This document shows positions 57,485-64,000 of a DNA stretch of 64,000 bases, piece by piece. Every line of letters starts with the position of its first letter. Within the stretch, counting starts at the first letter, position 1. The stretch is taken from positions 9,034-73,033 of the forward strand of contig DJEP01000026.1 of assembly GCA_002431915.1 (NCBI GenBank), read 5' to 3'. The position numbers and the translations under genes were made by a program. The notes beneath the pieces were generated by a model, which saw nothing but the letters and a program-made list of their open reading frames with translations, was not told the origin of the DNA and did not search any database. Origin of the DNA: Lachnospiraceae bacterium UBA5895. GTDB lineage: Bacteria; Bacillota; Clostridia; Lachnospirales; Lachnospiraceae.

Positions 57485-58342
57485 TTATACGTTCACACTG
57501 GTCCGATAGCTGTTTTTCAGAGCTGTCGTCAGTCTCTCATTCTCTGCATCATACTTCTGTCTGTCTTCCGCCCGCCAGGTACTGCGAAGCTGCAGCTGCC
57601 TGTACTCCGGCTGCTGCTCCCATTCCCTGCCAAACTGTTCCATACTTTTCTCCAATTCCAGGGACTCTGTATAAAACTCCGGATTCTGTGCTGCAAAAGC
57701 CACATAGGCATCCTCCGGCAGTTCCATGCGTTTTGCTGCAAGATAGGCATCCAGATGTACTCTCTCCGGTTCGACCTGCCAGGCCTCTCTGAACTGCTCC
57801 GCCGCCTTATCATACAGCATCAGCCCGGTCAGTGCCACACCTTTATTATGTAATATGGCTGCTCTTACCTTACCCGCAGGGAGTTCTCTTCCTTCCGCTT
57901 CCAGCGTACTCCAGGTCTCTAACAGCATATCGTATCCACGGATGGCAGCGGCGTATTTCCTCTTTTCCACCATATAGTCGATCTGACTTTTACGCTTCTC
58001 TAAATTGCTCAGACCGGCTCCCTGCTTCAGCACCTGTTCCACCTGCCGCAGGTCTTCTTCGCCATACATTCCCACATACTGTAAAATCGTCAGCACGAAG
58101 ACACTTAAGGAGCCCTGCTTATGTATCATGGGGTACAGCTGCTTTGCCAGTTCCCTGACCTTGCATTCCTCTCCGATCCAGTCTGCCAGTTTGTCGTTCA
58201 TAATGGACAGGTCTAAGAGGAAAGCATTCTCCTTCAGGCAATAACACAGTTCCTCCATGCAGCAGACACGGATCCCCAGTTCTTCCACCGTATAGGCATT
58301 TTCACAATATTCACCTACGCACAGACTTGCCCTCATTTCCAT
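57485..58342 (-). CDS. Uncharacterised protein: Cys-rich N-terminus plus TPR-like helical region
   Basis: 285-aa ORF with six Cys in the first 37 residues. The start may be the third codon (58336), which has better SD spacing. Confidence 0.6.
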   Translation of the reverse strand: MEMRASLCVGEYCENAYTVEELGIRVCCMEELCYCLKENAFLLDLSIMNDKLADWIGEECKVRELAKQLYPMIHKQGSLSVFVLTILQYVGMYGEEDLRQVEQVLKQGAGLSNLEKRKSQIDYMVEKRKYAAAIRGYDMLLETWSTLEAEGRELPAGKVRAAILHNKGVALTGLMLYDKAAEQFREAWQVEPERVHLDAYLAAKRMELPEDAYVAFAAQNPEFYTESLELEKSMEQFGREWEQQPEYRQLQLRSTWRAEDRQKYDAENERLTTALKNSYRTSVNV

Positions 58343-58385
58343 TCCTCATTTCCATCCATCTTTTACCACCTGTCAGTCCGGTCTT

Positions 58386-59624
58386 TTACAGTTCGATCTC
58401 TTCCTTCCAGATATGGTGTGTTGCCGCACGAAACGTGCCAAATCCCAGATCTTCCAGCTCTACTGTAAGATGCGTGTCGTCTTTCATCTCCACGCTGATC
58501 TTAAGCCTGGTGATTCCCTCCTGCAGTTCCTCGGGGACGATCCTGGCGATCCGGTTCCCCTTCCCTGTCAGGGATGTGATCAGGATCTCCACCGCCCGTC
58601 CTTCCAGCAGGTAGAATTCCATGCTGTTCTTCGCCTCGTACCAGTTGATTCCCGCGTCGAGAAGTGCGCAGTAGGACTCTTCCCCCTGTCGTAGGATCTT
58701 CATGCCGATATTGGATTTTAATTTATCATCACCTAAAAATACATGGGTCTTCCCTGCTTCACTGGGAGACAGCCGTTCCATCATGCTGTAGCAGGCACCC
58801 TTGCTGAACAGATTGTTGCCCTGGAAGACTCTTCTTCCGTGGCACAGATAGCGCAGGGATTCCTTCATCCATTCCTGCGAGAACGCCTCACCGATCAGAT
58901 ACACCGAAGAGACGATACTGTTACTGCACAGGCTGGTGGCGATCTCTAACATTTTCTCATCCGATTCCGGCACCGGAAAAGGGAACTCCCGCTCTTCCAT
59001 ATAGGCTACCACCGGCGTGGTATGGCGATTGCATTCCATGCAGTAGGTACGTATGGAGTGCTCCGCGTATTCACACAACACCGTCTTATGCCGCCACAGT
59101 TCCTCCGGCTGGTACAGATTATAGTAATAAAAACTTTCCACATGACTCTGAAAACAGATCTGTTCCGTCTTAAGATGCAGTCCTTCCGTCGCTGCGGTCA
59201 GCACTTCTAACATCCGGGGATCCAGTTCTTCACAGGTGATCATTAACGCTCCGATCTTCTCCGCATTCGCCACCTGGGATAACAGCCCAAGACTACGCTT
59301 CAGGAACAGCGTCAACAGCGCCACGGGATCTAAGCTCGTCCCGTCGATCTGCACCGGCTCTCCGTCCTTTGCCAGCTTCAGCAGGTTCTCCACCAGGATC
59401 CCATCTTCTTCCTGCGCATATCTTACCGCTTCGCTCCCATAGAACCACTGATTCACACCCTGTCTCTTGCTGAGTGCCAGGGGGATGGTAAATACCTGGG
59501 ATCCCGCCACGGAAGAAAGTGTTCTGATTTCTTCCCCACTGCCTGTAACATAACAGCTGATCTGTGCATATCTGCTGCCCAAATCATATCCGACGATCAC
59601 TTTTTCACTTCCCGGCAGCCGCAT
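58386..59624 (-). CDS. Uncharacterised Hsp70/actin-fold-like protein with degenerate nucleotide-binding motifs
   Basis: 412 aa. The N-terminus VIVGYDLGSRYAQIS resembles Hsp70 phosphate-1. The C-terminal segment ITRLKISVEMKDDTHLTVELEDLGFG resembles the Hsp70 substrate-binding-domain beta segment by eye. Confidence 0.6.
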   Translation of the reverse strand: MRLPGSEKVIVGYDLGSRYAQISCYVTGSGEEIRTLSSVAGSQVFTIPLALSKRQGVNQWFYGSEAVRYAQEEDGILVENLLKLAKDGEPVQIDGTSLDPVALLTLFLKRSLGLLSQVANAEKIGALMITCEELDPRMLEVLTAATEGLHLKTEQICFQSHVESFYYYNLYQPEELWRHKTVLCEYAEHSIRTYCMECNRHTTPVVAYMEEREFPFPVPESDEKMLEIATSLCSNSIVSSVYLIGEAFSQEWMKESLRYLCHGRRVFQGNNLFSKGACYSMMERLSPSEAGKTHVFLGDDKLKSNIGMKILRQGEESYCALLDAGINWYEAKNSMEFYLLEGRAVEILITSLTGKGNRIARIVPEELQEGITRLKISVEMKDDTHLTVELEDLGFGTFRAATHHIWKEEIEL

Positions 59625-59674
59625 CTTCCTTCCGCCTCCTCTCTGTTATCCTTTTTGTTATTTTTCTTCCGGTC

Positions 59675-62600
59675 TCACTGTAAAGTAAACAGCCTGTGAT
59701 CCAGATATTCTCTCCGGTAATATTCTTCGATCAGATGATCCAGGGTATCATCATCCTGCAGAGTCATGCTGATCATCATGTCATTGATGATCTCGTACTT
59801 GCTGTCCGGATTATCATTCATGATATCGCTCCTCTGCAGGCTGCCGCTCTCTGTTAGCTGCTCGCCGTTTTCGGATTCCTCCATAATATAATACTGGATG
59901 TTTTCCCCGAAGAACAGTACAAATTCCTTGAAAAATACTCCGCTGTACACTTCCTGCATGTACTCCGACAGATAATCCTCCGCCTGTCCGTTCTCCTGCA
60001 GCATCACATAATGGATCCTTGCCCGGACACCTGCTTTGGTATGATATTCCACGATAGTCTTGTCCTTCAGTTCCTGAAGCTCGGGCAAACAATCCTTGAA
60101 TTCCCGGAAAAAGTTCAGGTGAATATGCTCCCGCATCATTTCCTCCAGGAAATCCCGGATTAACGGTTCATCTTCCTTCTCTATCTTGTCCCGGTTCTCC
60201 GCATAGAACTTCAGATATGCCAGCTTGCAGATCCGCTGCGTCTCCTCACCCCGCAGGTAGGTGTTACGGATCTCCCGGAAGATATATTCTTCCGTAAGCT
60301 TTTCTCTGCAGAAGTAATCACAGGAGCTCTGTATCAGTACAGCTTCCTCGATCTCCTGTCTCGCTCCCTGGGATACATAATAACGGAAGATATCCATTCT
60401 CTCTCCCACAAAAGCGCCGGAAAACAGCATCTGCACCAGAATCCGCTCGCTGAGCTCATAGCAGTCCACTTCAAAGGACCTGGCGGATTTCCAGATATCC
60501 CGCAGTTCCTTCGTGGTTCCCACAGCGTAGCGCACCAGATACTCCAAAACATTGCCGTTGTATTTTCCCCTGTGGAAGTCGGACAATGCCGCCGCATACA
60601 ATGCCGGTTCTCCATCATGTGCTGCCTGGGAGATCAGTGCATCCGTCAGCCTGAGCAGGATCTTGGCATCCGCATAATACGGTGTGAAGCTTTCGATCCA
60701 TTCGTATGCCTTTTCATAATTCCCACGAAGCACCAGGAACCTAAGCAGGATCTCTCTCTGTTCCGTCGTGAATTTCTGCCCGTCTAATTCCTGCAGATAG
60801 GCATCCAGTGCCTGCATATTGTCCGCATCGAAATACGCCTGTACCAGTGCTACCGCCTGTTTCTGTCTGAGTGCCGGTTCCACCGCATCCGACGTTGCCA
60901 GACGTGCCATGCGCATCAGCTTTGAGGAAGACAGTGCTTCCTCGCCCTTGTCGTTCTCTGCAAAATACAAATCCAGTTCCACCGTATCCGGCACATAATG
61001 TTCCAAAAGCCGCAGATATTTTCCGGGCACCAACAGCTTTTCCAGGGTATATTCCACATTTTTGAGGAACCTGTTACCATAGGCATCCTCAAAAGCAATG
61101 GTATATTCATTCCCATAGATTGCCACCCATGCTGTGCCATTTAATAAGGGGATCTCCTTCATCTTCCGGTTGCCCGGCTGGCAGACGATCACCCTGCGCA
61201 TCCTGTCGTCTTCCACTCTGACCAGATGGGCAAACAGAAGCCTTGACAACGGCTTCGCCATGACCTCCGTGACGATCGCCGGCGTTAAGAACCGCTGGTA
61301 TAATACCGCCAGGTGCCTGTTGATATGCTGCTTCTGGATCTGATCGATTACAAAACGTTCGATACGCGGTTCATAATGTTCATATAGTTCCTCGTATTCC
61401 TCTCTGTGCTTCAGAAGATAAGCGTATAAAAACGCGCTGTGTTCATAGTCCAGATTGTTTTGGAAGGAGAAGTACATCAGAATCACTTTAGGCAGTTCCG
61501 TGGTGGAATCCATATCCACCGAAGCCATATAATACTCATACAGATTTGTGATCCGCAGATGGCTCTCCACACCCTTTTGGTACCAGATATACGCGTCCGG
61601 TCCGGTCTTGCTGCCCTTGATCAACAGGCTGCAGATCTCCTGCAGGATCCGCACGTCTTCTTTTTTCTCATAGGTCTTCTTCAATATCCGGCATAAAAGC
61701 GGAGAATACTCCCGCACTCTGCCGGACAGATACAAAAGCTGTTCCAGCAGACTGTCATTCACAGCTCCGTGCCGCACTCCGAAATGCAGTACCTGTAATT
61801 CAAAGCCGGTCAGCTTCCGCAAAAGTGCCGGATTCCCGTTTAACAGTGCCAGTGCTTCCAGATAGATCACCGGGCTGGAGCAGCCGTATTGGTACTGTTT
61901 CTCCAGAAACATCCATTTTCCGGAGGTGGACCGGTTGTATTCCTCCGACAAATATAATAAAAGCCATGCCACTCTCCAGCGGCTCCTGTCATAGCGGTAG
62001 ATCTGCTCCACCTGTTCCGCCGTCTGCATGGTATACTGGGCATCTCTGTGGATCAGTGTGGTCAGATACAGATAATATGCCCACAATTCTCCGCCGGTGG
62101 CTTTCTGCGCTTCCAGCATGTCCACCACATGATCTAAGATCCAGCCCGCTTCGTTATAACGCTCCTCCGTGATCAGAAGCTGTGCCTGGAACAGTCTCGC
62201 CGACACATCCTTCTCATCCATGGTCACCATGCGTTCTACCAGTTTGCCGGTCTCTGAGAGCCATGTGCCCGTGCCAATCTTTTTCAGACGGAATTCTTCA
62301 TAATATTTCATGATCTGCGTGATGCACTGCATATGGCTGTGATCCGCATGCCGTACCGCCGTACGGTCTCCCAGCTGTACCATCACAGGGATCTCTATGG
62401 AAATATAAGCATTATAGATATAGATTCTTCCGAAATTTTTACCGGGTCTGCATACACTGCTGTCAATATATACGGGAAGTCTGCACCGGTTACCGAGGAA
62501 ATCATCATCGCTTAAGCTTTCTTTTTCCGTGAAGACAAACTCTCCCTCGCATTCGATCTGCAGATTGGTATAGCCCCAGCCGTTCCGAACAACCGTCAGA

Positions 62601-63250
62601 CTGTTCTCCGACACGCCGTAATTGCCTTCCGTGCGGGGCAGCTTTTTCACCAGTTCCTTCTCTTCCACCAGGAATTCGATCTGTTGCTTTTTATTGATGC
62701 AGATCAGGAATTCCTCCATGTTCTGCTCATTGCCTTCACAGGCGGACAACATCCGGTAAGTCTCGTAGAAATGGGCATCGTTCCCCGTAAACAGTCGTAA
62801 AAAATCCGGGCTGTAGAACAGCCGCACCGCTTCCTTCCAGCTGCTTTTCGCCAGGTTCGCGAAGTGGAACAGATTCCTTATGGCACCTATGGAGGAATTT
62901 AACACGCCGTGTTCCACCGTCACCACAAAAGGAAGGTTGTATTCTCCGCGGTTGCTGACCACAGAAAAAGAGCCCTTCACCACATCCCCTTCTTCCAGGT
63001 TCTCACCGTGGAAGCAGTAAAAAATTTCTGCATCGGAGCCGGTAAACTGATCAGTCATACATTCCATTTTCAGATGGTCTGAGATGACAGATCCTTTTAC
63101 ATAGCCTTCCGATGCAGAGAGGATGTGAAAAGAGCCCTCATACGCTGTCCCCTGTGACAGCGAGATTTCTATTTTAGAGCAGGAGAATTCCAAAGAGCCG
63201 TTCTCGTAATCGAAGTTCCCTCCTAAAATTCTATCAATAGTCTCCTGCAT
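59675..63250 (-). CDS. Uncharacterised 1191-aa protein: two N-terminal beta-rich modules, about 800 aa of helical repeats, and a C-terminal beta-rich module
   Basis: Single uninterrupted ORF and first gene of the operon. No signal peptide, TM segment or catalytic motif recognised. Confidence 0.7.
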   Translation of the reverse strand: MQETIDRILGGNFDYENGSLEFSCSKIEISLSQGTAYEGSFHILSASEGYVKGSVISDHLKMECMTDQFTGSDAEIFYCFHGENLEEGDVVKGSFSVVSNRGEYNLPFVVTVEHGVLNSSIGAIRNLFHFANLAKSSWKEAVRLFYSPDFLRLFTGNDAHFYETYRMLSACEGNEQNMEEFLICINKKQQIEFLVEEKELVKKLPRTEGNYGVSENSLTVVRNGWGYTNLQIECEGEFVFTEKESLSDDDFLGNRCRLPVYIDSSVCRPGKNFGRIYIYNAYISIEIPVMVQLGDRTAVRHADHSHMQCITQIMKYYEEFRLKKIGTGTWLSETGKLVERMVTMDEKDVSARLFQAQLLITEERYNEAGWILDHVVDMLEAQKATGGELWAYYLYLTTLIHRDAQYTMQTAEQVEQIYRYDRSRWRVAWLLLYLSEEYNRSTSGKWMFLEKQYQYGCSSPVIYLEALALLNGNPALLRKLTGFELQVLHFGVRHGAVNDSLLEQLLYLSGRVREYSPLLCRILKKTYEKKEDVRILQEICSLLIKGSKTGPDAYIWYQKGVESHLRITNLYEYYMASVDMDSTTELPKVILMYFSFQNNLDYEHSAFLYAYLLKHREEYEELYEHYEPRIERFVIDQIQKQHINRHLAVLYQRFLTPAIVTEVMAKPLSRLLFAHLVRVEDDRMRRVIVCQPGNRKMKEIPLLNGTAWVAIYGNEYTIAFEDAYGNRFLKNVEYTLEKLLVPGKYLRLLEHYVPDTVELDLYFAENDKGEEALSSSKLMRMARLATSDAVEPALRQKQAVALVQAYFDADNMQALDAYLQELDGQKFTTEQREILLRFLVLRGNYEKAYEWIESFTPYYADAKILLRLTDALISQAAHDGEPALYAAALSDFHRGKYNGNVLEYLVRYAVGTTKELRDIWKSARSFEVDCYELSERILVQMLFSGAFVGERMDIFRYYVSQGARQEIEEAVLIQSSCDYFCREKLTEEYIFREIRNTYLRGEETQRICKLAYLKFYAENRDKIEKEDEPLIRDFLEEMMREHIHLNFFREFKDCLPELQELKDKTIVEYHTKAGVRARIHYVMLQENGQAEDYLSEYMQEVYSGVFFKEFVLFFGENIQYYIMEESENGEQLTESGSLQRSDIMNDNPDSKYEIINDMMISMTLQDDDTLDHLIEEYYRREYLDHRLFTLQ

Positions 63251-63285
63251 GTACCTTCACCCGTTCCCTGTTGTCATTTGGATTT

Positions 63286-63314
63286 ATTATACCAAATTTG
63301 CTACGCAAGGGCAA
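63286..63314 (-). promoter_or_regulatory. Candidate promoter of the four-gene operon
   Basis: Minus strand reads TTGCCC - 17 nt - TGgTATAAT (extended -10), 35 nt upstream of the 1191-aa ORF start. Confidence 0.5.
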
Positions 63315-63327
63315 GGTGCAGACCCGG

Positions 63328-64000
63328 TTAGTCGAGGTTTAATTTTTTGTTCAGGATGTAGTAAGATACCCCATACATGATCGCTGCAACAAGTGCGCTG
63401 GTGAGCACATTAATGTCATATGCCCAGTTGGTGGTAATGCCGATTCCGCCGGGGCTGCTTAGCGCAGTCGTACTGAACATAAATACACTCTGTACCGTAC
63501 TTCCGATGATGGAGGACAGGATTGTAAGACCCGCATAGGCGAGGATTCCCATCAATCCTTTGTGTTTGGAGGAAAGCTGTCCGATGGTCAGTGCTCCGAA
63601 CAGGGTAATCATGGTAATAAAGGGACCTGCCACATAGGTGATCAGCAATGTGATTCCGTAATGCACCAGATTCATTCCCATCTGTTCTTTATAGACCCTG
63701 TTAAGTTCATAGATGCCGTCCCCCAGGAATTCCCAGATATTCCCATTATATTGTGTCAGAACTCCATTCAGTTCGCCGATATCTATCAGTCCCATCATCA
63801 ATGACACAAGCAGTGCCACAATGGAGATACCGATGCCAATCATAATAAACAGATACCAGACACCGGAGACCAGTACCTTACTTAAAAACAGCTGATTGGC
63901 TGTCACCGGCAGGGTGTGGGACAGATAGCCCTCATCGGTGTACATGCTGCGGTAAAAACGGATGCCCAGGAAGATCAGCATGCCCCATGTGGATGCCAGC
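63328..64000 (-). CDS. ABC-2-type transporter permease-like membrane protein (5' end outside the window)
   Basis: The polytopic ORF remains open upstream of the track Met at 63981 to the window edge. No ATPase motifs are present. Confidence 0.5.
   Translation of the reverse strand, partial: LASTWGMLIFLGIRFYRSMYTDEGYLSHTLPVTANQLFLSKVLVSGVWYLFIMIGIGISIVALLVSLMMGLIDIGELNGVLTQYNGNIWEFLGDGIYELNRVYKEQMGMNLVHYGITLLITYVAGPFITMITLFGALTIGQLSSKHKGLMGILAYAGLTILSSIIGSTVQSVFMFSTTALSSPGGIGITTNWAYDINVLTSALVAAIMYGVSYYILNKKLNLD

Overview
This 64 kb window looks like a core chromosomal segment of a spore-forming Firmicute. SCIFF, SpoIIGA, a PASTA kinase and the gene order suggest Clostridia, probably Lachnospiraceae-like. 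About 55 genes are present and nearly all are on the minus strand. I saw no rRNA, tRNA, CRISPR array or prophage.

Gene content in window order:
- Truncated dcw cluster: mraZ-rsmH-ftsL, two class B PBPs, then the spoIIGA 5' end.
- lgt, ychF, an amidase lipoprotein, a chemotaxis receptor (MCP), and a telA plus xpaC-like pair.
- The priA-def-fmt-yugP-rsmB-rlmN-prpC-prkC-rsgA block, then murE, a YitT-like membrane protein and recJ.
- A lone plus-strand Rpn/PD-(D/E)XK nuclease gene.
- A maltodextrin/starch locus: LacI regulator, GH13, ABC permeases, binding protein, and a four-repeat CBM surface protein.
- secDF, then SCIFF peptide plus radical SAM maturase (scfA/scfB).
- A CNNM/hemolysin-type gene on the plus strand, a HAD hydrolase and a LysR regulator.
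- A purine mini-cluster: purC-purF-purB-(purF paralog)-purA.
- A polar amino acid ABC transporter.
- A four-gene operon of uncharacterised proteins (56.3-63.3 kb).

Observations most worth follow-up:
1. The uncharacterised operon. It encodes a 1191-aa beta-sandwich plus helical-repeat protein, a degenerate Hsp70/actin-fold protein, a Cys-rich/TPR-like protein and a bitopic coiled-coil membrane protein. It has its own extended -10 promoter.
2. A tandemly duplicated 184-nt intergenic unit with a near-identical 67-nt core. It could be a C-rich sRNA with terminators on the minus strand, or two paralogous 27-codon sORFs on the plus strand.
3. A family of intergenic repeats bounded by AACTATTCAGAGCC inverted termini: three full and two half copies, always lying between co-directional genes.
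4. A 113-bp MITE-like insertion with a 7-bp target duplication that recreates the ychF stop codon. A solo copy of its terminus lies elsewhere in the window.
5. A PurF paralog that has lost the glutaminase nucleophile but keeps the PRTase motif and the Fe-S ligands.

All calls come from reading the sequence and ORF translations by eye. No database searches were run.
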